A DNA stretch of 62,268 nt, filler included, from 7 parts of 7 records of this genome joined end to end with filler, not necessarily neighbours in it; one strand, 5' to 3'; shown: positions 10,184 to 19,649, counted from the first letter of the whole stretch. Numbers and translations are program-made. Notes: a model not told the origin generated them from the letters alone.

Positions 10184-10231
10184 GTGGCAAACAGCTTTTC
10201 CTGTCCCTTTTCTGAATCTATAGGAGACACA

Positions 10232-11248
10232 ATGAACGGCAAAGAAAGAATCCTCAAAGCCCTCCGGCGGGAAACGCCGGACAGGATACCTACGTTCGAA
10301 TGGTTTATCGATGCGGGTGTGGGAAAGGCCCTCACGGGGAGCGACGATCCGGTCGCCGTGGTGGAGGGCCTGGATGTGGACGGTATCAATATCCGTCTGG
10401 ATTACGGGAAGGAGAAGATCGATGATCAGACCTTCCGGGACGAATGGGGCAGCGTGCGCAAGCTGACGGGAGATGCCATACCCGCCATCGTCGAGTATCC
10501 CGTCAGGGACATCGCCGACCACAGTTCGTATACCTTCCCTGACCTTCAGGCGCCCGATCGCTTCGCCACCATCGAACGGGCCGTTGAGGCCTTCGGCGAC
10601 GAGCGGGCGGTGATCCTGAACATCCGTGACGGCTTCTCCGACATGAGAGACCTCCTGGGCTATGAGAACGCTCTGGTGAACATGATGATCGAGCCCGAGG
10701 CCTTCTCGGATCTTCTGAAACGGGTGGTGGAGTACAATCTGGAGGCCGCTCGGATCTGCCGGGAACGGTACGGGCTGGAGGTGGTCGGAACCACCGACGA
10801 CGTGGCCAACGCCGACGGCCTGCTGATGAGCCCCGACAGCTACTACGAGAGGCTCGGCCCCGCCTTCCGAGAGCTGATCGGAGGGTATAAATCCCTCGGT
10901 TATCTGACGGTCAAGCACTGCGACGGTGATGTGCGTTCTCTCGTCGAGTTCTGGATCGACGCGGGCATCGACTGCCTCGATCCCATCGATCCCGGGGCGG
11001 GGCTGGATATGGCTGAAATGAAGAGGGCCTACGGCGGACGCATCTGTCTGAAAGGAAACATCGACTGCACGGGACATCTCTGCGACGGTACGCCCGGGGA
11101 GGTGGCCGCGGAGGTGGAGGAGTGCATTGCCAAAGGCGGCGAAGGGGGCGGGCTGATCCTCTCGTCCAGCAACACCATCCACCGGGGAGTGAAGCCAGAA
11201 AACTACAGGGCCATGCTGGACGCCCTGCGCGACAGCGGCCGGTACTGA
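10232..11248 (+). CDS. Uroporphyrinogen decarboxylase (URO-D)-family protein of unknown function
   Basis: ERILKALRRETPDRIP, DEWG, KHCDG, KGNID and GLILSSSNTIH motifs; RBS AGGAG before ATG 10232. Confidence 0.85.
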   Translation: MNGKERILKALRRETPDRIPTFEWFIDAGVGKALTGSDDPVAVVEGLDVDGINIRLDYGKEKIDDQTFRDEWGSVRKLTGDAIPAIVEYPVRDIADHSSYTFPDLQAPDRFATIERAVEAFGDERAVILNIRDGFSDMRDLLGYENALVNMMIEPEAFSDLLKRVVEYNLEAARICRERYGLEVVGTTDDVANADGLLMSPDSYYERLGPAFRELIGGYKSLGYLTVKHCDGDVRSLVEFWIDAGIDCLDPIDPGAGLDMAEMKRAYGGRICLKGNIDCTGHLCDGTPGEVAAEVEECIAKGGEGGGLILSSSNTIHRGVKPENYRAMLDALRDSGRY

Positions 11249-11285
11249 GGGCGTTTGAAGCCTGGTCCGGCGGGGGAGGGACGCG

Positions 11286-12050
11286 ATGAATCTGAACAAG
11301 GAACCCATTTACCGGCAGTTGACCGGAATCCTCAAAAAGAGCGTCACCGACGGCGGCTTCGCGCCGGGAGACCAGTTTCTGACGGAGAAGCACATCTGCG
11401 AGAGCTACAACGTCAGCCGGGCTACGGCGGGCAAGGCCCTTTCCGCCCTGGTCGCCGAGGGGCTGCTGGAATTCAAGAAGGGGGTCGGCACCTTCGTCAA
11501 GGAGAAGACCAGCCCCCACGACCTGCAGTCCCTGATCAGTTTCAGCGCCATGGCCCGGGAGCTGGGAAAGCAGCCGAAAACCGAGGTCATGGAGTTCGAA
11601 AGGATGAGCGCGGAGGAGGCGGGGGAGACGGCTTGCGAGAGGCTGGGCTGCGAGGAAGACCTCCTCTACTGCCGGAGGATAAGGCTGCTGGACGGCCGTC
11701 CTTCCCTCCTGGACCGCCGCTTCATCAGGTCCTCCCTCAGTCCGGATCTGGGGGAAGAAGACCTTCGGGGCTCCCTGATCTGCTACTGGACCGAAACCCA
11801 GTTCCTGAGCATCGGGAGCATAGAGCAGCTGATCAGCGCGGTGAGCCTGACGGAGCCTGAGGCGGAGGTCCTGGAATGTTCCCCCGGGGAGTGCGCCCTG
11901 AGGCTGCAGTCCGTCGGATTCCTGGAGAACGGGGAGGCCCTCTGGTATGAGGACTCCCTGTTCCCCGGAAACCAGTATCTGATTAAGAACAGGGTGGACA
12001 ATCTGAGCGGATTTCTGCCTGCCCGGAGGATCTTCGTAGGCGAGAGCTAA
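11286..12050 (+). CDS. GntR-family regulator with UTRA domain (HutC subfamily)
   Basis: PIYRQL...YNVSRATAGKALSALVAEGLL...GVGTFV; about 250 aa. Confidence 0.9.
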   Translation: MNLNKEPIYRQLTGILKKSVTDGGFAPGDQFLTEKHICESYNVSRATAGKALSALVAEGLLEFKKGVGTFVKEKTSPHDLQSLISFSAMARELGKQPKTEVMEFERMSAEEAGETACERLGCEEDLLYCRRIRLLDGRPSLLDRRFIRSSLSPDLGEEDLRGSLICYWTETQFLSIGSIEQLISAVSLTEPEAEVLECSPGECALRLQSVGFLENGEALWYEDSLFPGNQYLIKNRVDNLSGFLPARRIFVGES

Positions 12051-12109
12051 GGACCGGAGACCACGTGTTTCCGGATAAGAACGAAACATATTACCAAGGA
12101 GACAATTAT

Positions 12110-12886
12110 ATGAGTGTTGATTTAAGAGGAAAGACCTGTGTCGTCACCGGGGCGGCCAGGAGCATCGGGCTGGCTATTGCCGAAATGTATGTCGGCCTGG
12201 GCGCCAATGTCGCCATGCTGGACATCAACGACGAGGTCGTGAGGGAAGCGGAGAGGCTGGACGGCGACACGGCTGTCAGAGGCTATGTGGCCGACATCAC
12301 CGACCGGAGCGCCGTTATGGATGTATTCGATAAGATCGCTGACGAACTGGGCCCCGTCTACGCTCTGGTGAATAACGCCGGATTCGTGGACCAGCAGACC
12401 ATTGACGACAGCGAGCCCGACAGGATCGACCGCTGTATGAAGATCAATGTGAACGGCACCATCTACGCCTGTCAGGGGGCTCTGAAAACCATGCGCGGCC
12501 TCGGCAACGGCCGGATCATCAATTTTTCTTCCAAGTCGGGAAAGACAGGCTCCGCCCTGATGGGCGCCTATTCGGCCGCCAAGGGCGCCATTATCGCCCT
12601 GACCCATACCCTGGCCTTCGAGCTGGCGGGGGACAACATCAAGTGCAACTGCCTCTGTCCCGGCATCGTGGACATGACGGGGGTCTGGAACTCCGTGAGC
12701 CAGGGCTATGTGCGTGAGATGAATATGAGCCGCGACGAGATCATCGACAAGTTCACGGCGAAGATCCCCCTGGGGCGTCTGGCGGCGGTGGAGGACATCG
12801 TGGCCTATGTCAGATTCCTGACCATAGACGGCGACTACTGTACCGGCCAGGCCCTGAATATTTCCGGCGGAAGGGAGATGCACTGA
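12110..12886 (+). CDS. SDR oxidoreductase (sorbitol-6-phosphate dehydrogenase-like)
   Basis: TGAARSIG, NNAG, SSKSGKTG, YSAAK and TGQALNISGG motifs. Confidence 0.85.
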   Translation: MSVDLRGKTCVVTGAARSIGLAIAEMYVGLGANVAMLDINDEVVREAERLDGDTAVRGYVADITDRSAVMDVFDKIADELGPVYALVNNAGFVDQQTIDDSEPDRIDRCMKINVNGTIYACQGALKTMRGLGNGRIINFSSKSGKTGSALMGAYSAAKGAIIALTHTLAFELAGDNIKCNCLCPGIVDMTGVWNSVSQGYVREMNMSRDEIIDKFTAKIPLGRLAAVEDIVAYVRFLTIDGDYCTGQALNISGGREMH

Positions 12887-12887
12887 T

Positions 12888-13574
12888 ATGGATAAGAAGA
12901 TCTGCAGATACCTGGATTCGGCGGTACTCAAGCCCGGGATGAACAGAGAAGAGACGGTCGAGGCCATTCAGACGGCCATCGACTACAACTCAAAGACGGT
13001 CTGCGTCAGGCCCTGCGATATAGACCTGGCCAAGGGGATGAGCGAGGGGACGGACACGGGAGTGTCGGTGGTCCTCAGCTTTCCCCATGGTTCGGGGCTG
13101 AGCGAGGTGAAGGCCCTGGAGGCCGGGGCCTATATCGAGAAGGGGGTCGATGAGATCGATATGGTGGTCAACTACGGCTGGGTCCGTTCGGGGCTCTGGG
13201 ATCTGGTGGAGAAGGATATCCGCGCGGTAAGCGATGTCACCCGGCCCGCTGGCGTTCCCTTGAAGGTCATCATGGAGAGCAGCGAGCTAACGCTGGAAGA
13301 GGTGGCCCTGTGTACCGAGGCCGCCATCCGCGCGGAGGCGGATTTCGTCAAAACCTCAACGGGATTCGCCTCCGGAGGGGCCTCGGAGGAGGCGGTCAAG
13401 ACCATGCTGGAAACGGCGAAGGGACGGATAAAGGTCAAGCCTTCCGGCGGTATCCGCGATTACGAGCGGGCGAAGATGTTCGTCGACATGGGCGTGCACC
13501 GTCTGGGTAACGGATTCTCATCCTGCCCTGCCATCTGCGACGGGGTAAAAAGCGACGGCAGGGAAGGGTATTGA
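12888..13574 (+). CDS. deoC: Deoxyribose-phosphate aldolase
   Basis: SFPHG, DEIDMV, LKVIME, ADFVKTSTGF and KPSGGIR motifs. Confidence 0.93.
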   Translation: MDKKICRYLDSAVLKPGMNREETVEAIQTAIDYNSKTVCVRPCDIDLAKGMSEGTDTGVSVVLSFPHGSGLSEVKALEAGAYIEKGVDEIDMVVNYGWVRSGLWDLVEKDIRAVSDVTRPAGVPLKVIMESSELTLEEVALCTEAAIRAEADFVKTSTGFASGGASEEAVKTMLETAKGRIKVKPSGGIRDYERAKMFVDMGVHRLGNGFSSCPAICDGVKSDGREGY

Positions 13575-13698
13575 TACGGTTGGGATTCCCTGTGCGGGGG
13601 CTGTATGCCGGCTGCGCCGGGAATCCGCTTTCCGATGATGCGATCCCTCTCTTTCGTTCCCCGACCGGGATTCGACGCATAGAACCAGATCTTGGCAT

Positions 13699-13785
13699 TC
13701 ACTCCGCAGATTCAAGGAAGGCCGCTGCCTCCTCAAGGCCGTGCTGGCTGAACACTCTGACCCCCTCTGAGGCGAGGAGGGCGGC
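13699..13785 (-). CDS. C-terminal fragment of a probable DUF523-family protein (5' truncated)
   Basis: Manual translation AALLASEGVRVFSQHGLEEAAAFLESAE* resembles the DUF523 C-terminal AALLxxxGIxVFS motif. Confidence 0.55.
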   Translation of the reverse strand, partial: AALLASEGVRVFSQHGLEEAAAFLESAE

Positions 13786-13786
13786 G

Positions 13787-13886
13787 NNNNNNNNNNNNNN
13801 NNNNNNNNNNNNNNNNNNNNNNNNNNNNNNTTAATTAATTAANNNNNNNNNNNNNNNNNNNNNNNNNNNNNNNNNNNNNNNNNNNN
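13787..13886. other. Artificial contig linker
   Basis: N44-TTAATTAATTAA-N44. Confidence 0.98.
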
Positions 13887-13887
13887 G

Positions 13888-15345
13888 GCCAATATGAGCC
13901 ACGAGATCAGAACCCCATTGAATGCGGTGATCGGTTTTACCGAATTGCTCGAAACGATGGTTGTTAACAAAAAACAAATCAACTATCTCCAATCCATAAA
14001 ATCCGGAGGCAAAAACCTGTTGATGCTGATCAATGACATCCTTGACCTGTCGAAAATCGAGGCCGGAAAACTGGAATTCAAATTCGAGCCCATTAATCCA
14101 TACCTGTTGATTGATGAAATCAAGCAAATTTTCTCCATTAAAATTGCAGAAAAAGATATCGATTTTATTGTTGAGGTTGAAGATGATATTCCAGGCAGCC
14201 TGATCCTGGATGAAGTCAGGCTACGCCAGGTAATTTTTAACCTGATAGGAAATGCCATAAAATTTACCGAAAACGGTTATGTAAAATTTACTGTGAACAA
14301 GCTGGTTGATGAAAGTGATACCAGTAAAATTGATCTGGTGGTGGGAGTTGAGGATACCGGTATCGGGATTCCTGAAGATCAACAAGGACGAATTTTTGAT
14401 GCTTTTCAGCAGCAGAGTGGCCAGAGCACCCGGAAGTATGGCGGTACAGGACTTGGGCTATCAATAAGTAAACGGTTGGTTGAAATGATGGGGGGTGAGA
14501 TCAAACTCGAAAGCGAAGTGGGAAAAGGCTCCTTGTTTTCATTTATCCTGCACGATGTGCCAATCGGAGCTACCCTTGACGAATTGGCTGATGATGAAGA
14601 GATAGATGTTGGCAACATCGAATTTGAGGCGGCAAAGCTGATGATTGTTGATGATGTGGAATCCAATCGTCGGATTATAAGCGAAAATTTTTCCAAAACA
14701 AACATAAAACTGATCGAGGCTGAGGATGGCCACAAGGCTGTTTTACTTGCCAGCCAGTTTATGCCTGATGTTATTTTTATGGACATCCGTATGCCGGTGA
14801 TGGATGGATTTGAAGCAGCCCGGATGATCAAAACAAAACGAAAAACTACAAAAATAAAGATCATTGCACTCACCGCTTCTGTACGAAGTGACGACCAGGA
14901 TGATGACTATGAAAAATATTTTGACGGCTATCTTCGGAAGCCGGTAACGCGTGTGGAGCTTTTCAGGGAGCTGATGCGATTTATTAAGTATGCTGAAATC
15001 AGAAAAAAGCAGCCTGATCCGGAAATGGTTTTGGATGAACCTGATGAAATTGCTGAATTGAAAATTTCGAAAACGAATGCCAAAAAATTGTTGGATGAGA
15101 TGGAAGGGAAGCTTAAAAAAATGTGGCATACCGCCAATACCTACCAGATGAGCGATGAAATTGAACTATTTTCAAAAACAGTCATTTCAGTCGGGAACGC
15201 TTTCCAGGTTAGGGCCTTAATAAATTATGGGGAGGCACTCCATGATGCTGTGGATCAGTTTGATCTCGAAGGTATGGACGCCAACCTGAAAAAATTCCCT
15301 CAGATGCTTAATAATCTGAAAAAGAGGATCGGGGAATTTATATAA
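13888..15345 (+). CDS. Hybrid sensor histidine kinase (HisKA-HATPase-REC), 5' truncated
   Basis: [33 protein letters not shown] and DIRMPVMDG motifs. Confidence 0.95.
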   Translation, partial: ANMSHEIRTPLNAVIGFTELLETMVVNKKQINYLQSIKSGGKNLLMLINDILDLSKIEAGKLEFKFEPINPYLLIDEIKQIFSIKIAEKDIDFIVEVEDDIPGSLILDEVRLRQVIFNLIGNAIKFTENGYVKFTVNKLVDESDTSKIDLVVGVEDTGIGIPEDQQGRIFDAFQQQSGQSTRKYGGTGLGLSISKRLVEMMGGEIKLESEVGKGSLFSFILHDVPIGATLDELADDEEIDVGNIEFEAAKLMIVDDVESNRRIISENFSKTNIKLIEAEDGHKAVLLASQFMPDVIFMDIRMPVMDGFEAARMIKTKRKTTKIKIIALTASVRSDDQDDDYEKYFDGYLRKPVTRVELFRELMRFIKYAEIRKKQPDPEMVLDEPDEIAELKISKTNAKKLLDEMEGKLKKMWHTANTYQMSDEIELFSKTVISVGNAFQVRALINYGEALHDAVDQFDLEGMDANLKKFPQMLNNLKKRIGEFI

Positions 15346-15351
15346 AAGAAA

Positions 15352-15382
15352 TTTGCAGATATTGCAGGTTTTGGTACTTTTG
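15352..15382 (+). promoter_or_regulatory. Bacteroidota sigmaA-type promoter
   Basis: TTTG (15352-55)-N19-TACTTTTG (15375-82) matches the TTTG-N19-21-TAnnTTTG consensus, about 25 nt before the next CDS. Confidence 0.7.
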
Positions 15383-15407
15383 AGGTGAAATATATTGTAA
15401 GAATCCT

Positions 15408-16553
15408 TTGATGTTCAATGCCAATCCTAAAATATTACTTGTTGATGATAACCCGATAAATATTAGGGTGGCTGCAAAAATTCTGAAAGAGCATAATTAC
15501 AACATTTCGTTCTCCCAGTCAGGTCCTGAAGCCATCAAAAAGGCAACCACAATAGATTTTGATTTAATGTTGCTTGATATTATGATGCCCGAAATGGATG
15601 GTTATGAGGTGTGCAAAATCATGAAAGAAGATCCGGATACCAGCAAAGTCCCTATCATTTTTCTTACGGCACGCACGGAATCAGAAAATGTGGTAAAGGC
15701 ATTTGAACTTGGTGGTGCGGATTATGTGACCAAACCATTCAATGGCAAGGAACTGCTTTCGAGGGTTGAGACCCATATCCGGCTTAAGCGCTCCCGGGAG
15801 GAGTTGGAGCAAACCAATCAAAAATTGAGGGATTCCAACAATACCAAAGATAAAATGTTTTCAATCATCAGCCACGATCTCCTGGGGCCTGTTGGTAATA
15901 TTAAAGAGTCGCTGGAAATGATCGCAACTGATGAGGTTCAGATGGATCAGGAAAGCATGACACAGTTCATAAAGGCTACTTGGAATTCGGTTGGCAATGC
16001 ATATGCATTGCTTGAAAACCTGCTTTACTGGGCACGAAACCAGCAGGGGCGTATGGTGTACAACCCCAGGCCACTGAATTTCAATACAGTTGTTCATGAA
16101 ACATACGGGCTCTTGCAGGGGGTGGCTAAAAATAAATCGATCAGTTTAAAAACGGACTTTTTAGAAGAATACAAAGCTTTTGCTGACAAAAATGCAGCAA
16201 AAACCATATTACGGAACCTGGTTTCCAATGCCATTAAATTTTCCAACCCGGGGGGGCGGATAGTAACTACAATTGAGGATCACGATGATGATTTTTTATT
16301 GATCTCAGTAAAGGATAATGGTGTTGGAATGGAGCCGGAAAAAGCCCAAACCCTTTTTGTGAAGAAAGAAAAAATAGAACCCCGGTGGGGAACAAAAGGT
16401 GAAAAAGGGGTAGGCCTCGGATTGGTAATTTCCAAAGAATTCGTTGAAAAACACGGCGGGAGGATTTGGGTAGAAAGCAATCCGGGTGAAGGAAGCAAAT
16501 TTTATTTTACAATTCCGAAATACGATAAACTATATGGAGACACAAGCAAGTAA
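15408..16553 (+). CDS. Hybrid response regulator/histidine kinase (REC-HisKA-HATPase)
   Basis: LLVDD, LLDIMMP, KPF, then SHDL, NAIKF and GLGL motifs. Confidence 0.95.
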   Translation: MMFNANPKILLVDDNPINIRVAAKILKEHNYNISFSQSGPEAIKKATTIDFDLMLLDIMMPEMDGYEVCKIMKEDPDTSKVPIIFLTARTESENVVKAFELGGADYVTKPFNGKELLSRVETHIRLKRSREELEQTNQKLRDSNNTKDKMFSIISHDLLGPVGNIKESLEMIATDEVQMDQESMTQFIKATWNSVGNAYALLENLLYWARNQQGRMVYNPRPLNFNTVVHETYGLLQGVAKNKSISLKTDFLEEYKAFADKNAAKTILRNLVSNAIKFSNPGGRIVTTIEDHDDDFLLISVKDNGVGMEPEKAQTLFVKKEKIEPRWGTKGEKGVGLGLVISKEFVEKHGGRIWVESNPGEGSKFYFTIPKYDKLYGDTSK

Positions 16554-17385
16554 AAAGAAAATTCTCATTGTTGATGATGTACCTAAAAACATTGAGCTTG
16601 CAGCCAACATACTGCAAACAAAAGATTATAATATAACTTTTGCCAGGAGTGGCCCCATTGCCCTTGAAAAAGTAAAATCTATTGACTTCGATCTGATTTT
16701 ACTGGATGTGATGATGCCCGAAATGGATGGCTTTGAAGTTTGTAAAATCCTGAAAGATGATGAATCGACGAAAGACATCCCGGTGATTTTTGTTACAGCA
16801 AAGTCGGAAACCGAAAATGTGGTAAAGGGTTTTGAACTCGGTGCGGTGGATTATGTTACCAAACCTTTCCAGACCGAAGAGTTACTGGCAAGGGTTAAAA
16901 CACACATTGATATCCGGGCCAAACTTGTTGAGAAAAAGAAGATTGAGAATCAGCTTAGCGAAGGAGCCGCTGAGGGAAGCGAAGACACCGAAGAGTTGAA
17001 AAAGCAACTGGAATCGAGGAAGGCTGAATTGGAGAATGTCACACTGTTTTATGAGTTGAGAAGTCAGATGGATAAATTAATCCAGGATAAAAGCCCAGTG
17101 GCCCGCATGGAAATACGTCATATCAAAGAAATGATTTCAAACCTTTTTATTGATAAAAGTAACCAGGAATTTCACAGGTCGCTCAAGCAAAATTACCCGA
17201 AACTTACCTTTGATGATCTCAGGCTATGTTCCTACCTCAAACAAAGGTTTTTAAACGTAGAGATTGCCGAGTTTCTCGAAACATCACCTGAGGCGGTTTA
17301 TACACGTAAATCAAGGCTCCGGCAAAAATTAAATCTTACCAAAGACGAGGATATAACCGACTTTCTGGCCAACTATAAATATTAG
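16534..17385 (+). CDS. Response regulator with C-terminal LuxR-like HTH
   Basis: REC domain, then YPKLT..DLRLCSYLK...EIAEFL...AVYTRKSRLRQKLNL; start reassigned to ATG 16534. Confidence 0.9.
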   Translation: METQASKKKILIVDDVPKNIELAANILQTKDYNITFARSGPIALEKVKSIDFDLILLDVMMPEMDGFEVCKILKDDESTKDIPVIFVTAKSETENVVKGFELGAVDYVTKPFQTEELLARVKTHIDIRAKLVEKKKIENQLSEGAAEGSEDTEELKKQLESRKAELENVTLFYELRSQMDKLIQDKSPVARMEIRHIKEMISNLFIDKSNQEFHRSLKQNYPKLTFDDLRLCSYLKQRFLNVEIAEFLETSPEAVYTRKSRLRQKLNLTKDEDITDFLANYKY

Positions 17386-17440
17386 GTAACTGGCCTTACT
17401 GGGGTTATTTAATATTTATGTATCTCGATATGTAATTATC

Positions 17441-17507
17441 TGTAAGGAGGTTGTAAGTTCCTGTTATCTACCTAATTATTCTGATTTTCTTTTTGGTTGT
17501 ACTTTTG
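17441..17507 (+). promoter_or_regulatory. Direct-repeat regulator site and -7 promoter element
   Basis: TGTAAG-N5-TGTAAG at 17441-17457 (11-bp period); TACTTTTG at 17500-17507 with no good -33 element. Confidence 0.6.
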
Positions 17508-17513
17508 CAGCTG

Positions 17514-17639
17514 CAAACGAGTAAAATAAATTTTCTTGTTTAGCATTTAGGTTAGGATGCCTCAAATTAATATAGATGGTATCTTTTTTCATAAACGTTA
17601 GGTTAGGAAACCTGCCATAAAGGTGGGTTTCCATTTTTT
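17514..17639 (+). ncRNA. Candidate ~125-nt sRNA
   Basis: Bounded by the TAnnTTTG promoter element and an intrinsic terminator; carries two copies of TTAGGTTAGGA, each preceded by CAT; no convincing + strand ORF. The start position is inferred. Confidence 0.55.
17606..17639 (+). terminator. Intrinsic terminator
   Basis: GGAAACCTGCC-ATAAA-GGTGGGTTTCC followed by ATTTTTT. Confidence 0.8.
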
Positions 17640-17654
17640 AAGGAAAAATCTAAA

Positions 17655-17810
17655 ATGGAAACAAAAATTGATTATGGTTTACCGCTGGGAGAAAGCCTCC
17701 TCCATTGGATTAAACTTGCAGAGATTGATCTGGATTTTGTTGCACAAATCTATGATATGGAGCAGGTAGCCATTGGCGATAGCTTACAGGAAGCCGGAGT
17801 AGCGGTTTGA
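17655..17810 (+). CDS. Small acidic hypothetical protein (51 aa)
   Basis: Manual translation METKIDYGLPLGESLLHWIKLAEIDLDFVAQIYDMEQVAIGDSLQEAGVAV*; A-rich Bacteroidota-style initiation context (TCTAAAATG). Confidence 0.45.
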   Translation: METKIDYGLPLGESLLHWIKLAEIDLDFVAQIYDMEQVAIGDSLQEAGVAV

Positions 17811-17955
17811 GATTGAAAGATCGGGATTTGAAATTGTGGAACAGAAATTGTGTTATTTAGATTTGTTCTTTTATTTGATGATAAAAAAGATTTAAGCACT
17901 AAAATGCGTTAATAATAAATAGTGATCCATATCACTACATGTAATCCTCCTTTAG

Positions 17956-17990
17956 GCCCCGGATTGTCTCCCGACAATCGGGGCTTTTTA
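17956..17990. terminator. Terminator-like hairpin downstream of the minus-strand dnaA cluster
   Basis: GCCCCGGATTGTC-TCCC-GACAATCGGGGC followed by TTTTTA. Confidence 0.7.
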
Positions 17991-17991
17991 T

Positions 17992-18699
17992 TTACCGGTA
18001 TAGCAGGAATACCGCTGGTTTCTTATGTAAATCGATAGACTTCTTTTTCCAATCCCCAATTGAAGCCGTTATAATTTTTTCGTTTTCTGTGGTAATTTCT
18101 GAAGCCACACAAAGCTTTATTTTGGAGTTACAATTCGAGATCAGTGCTTTTAACATACGGTTATTCCGGTAGGGTGTTTCAATGAAAATTTGGGTCTGCT
18201 CCAATTGAAAAATTGCGTCCTCAAGTTTTTTTATTTGTTTTTTTAGTATTTGATTGTCGATGGGAAGGTAGCCGTGAAATGTGAAGTTCTGTCCGTTAAA
18301 TCCCGAAGCCATCAACGCCAGGATAATTGATGATGGGCCTGTTAAAGGTACAACCGGTATGGATGCTTCATGGCAATATTTTACAACCTTTGCTCCAGGA
18401 TCAGCTATGCAAGGCACACCGGCTTCAGAGAGCAAACCAACTGGTTTTCCGTGCTTTATGATACCCACAAATGATGCAGCCGATCCATATGCTGTGTGCT
18501 TGTTCAGGATATGGAACTTTACTTCATCAAAGTCACGCTTATATCCTGTCCTCCGGAGGAAACGCCTGGCTGACCGCACATTTTCAACGATAAATTCGTC
18601 AAGGTCACGGATGACCGAAAAAACCTGTGAAGGCAGCACCAACTCGGGTGGAGTATCACCAAGGGTTACGGGTATCAGGTATAGTGCGTTTTTAAGCAT
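17992..18699 (-). CDS. SAM-dependent tetrapyrrole-methylase family protein (RsmI-like)
   Basis: LYLIPVTLG, LLSEAGVPCIADPG, GPSSIILALMASG and IETPYRN motifs. Confidence 0.9.
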   Translation of the reverse strand: MLKNALYLIPVTLGDTPPELVLPSQVFSVIRDLDEFIVENVRSARRFLRRTGYKRDFDEVKFHILNKHTAYGSAASFVGIIKHGKPVGLLSEAGVPCIADPGAKVVKYCHEASIPVVPLTGPSSIILALMASGFNGQNFTFHGYLPIDNQILKKQIKKLEDAIFQLEQTQIFIETPYRNNRMLKALISNCNSKIKLCVASEITTENEKIITASIGDWKKKSIDLHKKPAVFLLYR

Positions 18700-18701
18700 G
18701 T

Positions 18702-19649
18702 TTACCAGGGGAGGTTTTTCAGGTCAACATTGCCACCGGAGACAATCAGGCCGATCCTTTTATTACGGTGATCAAACCTATTTTCCATAATCGCGGCAAG
18801 AGGCACGGCAGACGAGGGTTCCACAATAATCTTCATCCTTTCCCAGATAAGTTTCATGGCATCGATAATAGCCGTTTCAGTGGTGGTTACTATGTCGTCA
18901 ACATGGTTCATGATGATTTCAAAAGTGATACTGCCCAGTGAAGTTCGCAGCCCATCGGCAATGGTATCCGGATTAATTGATGGAATGAATTTTTTTTGTG
19001 TAAATGACTGGTAGGCATCATCAGCATTTTCAGGTTCGGCAGCGATTGCCCGAGTGCCAGGTGCAAAAAAACTTGTTGAAAGCGCTGTTCCGCTCATTAA
19101 GCCACCACCTCCAACAGGAGCCATAATGATATCCAGGTTGCCGGTTTGTTCAATAAGCTCTTTGGCCGCAGTTGCCTGGCCGGAGATGATTACCGGATTA
19201 TTATAAGGGTGGATTTCTTTGGCATGTGTTATTTCCAATACCTTCTTCAGGGTTTCCTCACGTGAAGCTAAATTGGCTTTACAAAAAGTGATTTTTCCGC
19301 CATAATGTTTCACTGCGGCAACTTTAACCGGGCTGGAATTTTCAGGCATAACAATGTGGGCATCAACACCTCTCAATGATGCTGCACGTGCCAGCGCTGC
19401 GGCATGATTGCCTGATGAGTGAGTAGCAACACCGTTGGCCATCGTTTTTTCATCCAACGAAAATACTGCATTTACAGCCCCCCGGGATTTGAAGGCTCCG
19501 GCTTTCTGGAAATTCTCACATTTAAAGAAAATTTCACAGCCCAGAATGTTGTTTATGGTGGATGAGCTTAATACTGGTGTTAAGTGAACGTGATCCCTGA
19601 TTCTTTCAGCTGATGACCTGATGTCGTGTATAGTTGGGATTGGATTCAT
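18702..19649 (-). CDS. PLP-dependent serine/threonine dehydratase (serine racemase-like)
   Basis: KCENFQKAGAFKSRGA, SSGNH, PVGGGGL and SGGNVD motifs; no ACT domain. Confidence 0.92.
   Translation of the reverse strand: MNPIPTIHDIRSSAERIRDHVHLTPVLSSSTINNILGCEIFFKCENFQKAGAFKSRGAVNAVFSLDEKTMANGVATHSSGNHAAALARAASLRGVDAHIVMPENSSPVKVAAVKHYGGKITFCKANLASREETLKKVLEITHAKEIHPYNNPVIISGQATAAKELIEQTGNLDIIMAPVGGGGLMSGTALSTSFFAPGTRAIAAEPENADDAYQSFTQKKFIPSINPDTIADGLRTSLGSITFEIIMNHVDDIVTTTETAIIDAMKLIWERMKIIVEPSSAVPLAAIMENRFDHRNKRIGLIVSGGNVDLKNLPW

Noticed and set aside
9344-11308. 654-aa minus-strand ORF and similar long antisense ORFs (27373-28818, 29725-31416, 36949-38430, 39353-40585, 59639-60919)
   Set aside because: Shadow frames opposite clear genes in GC-rich DNA, with no recognisable motifs.
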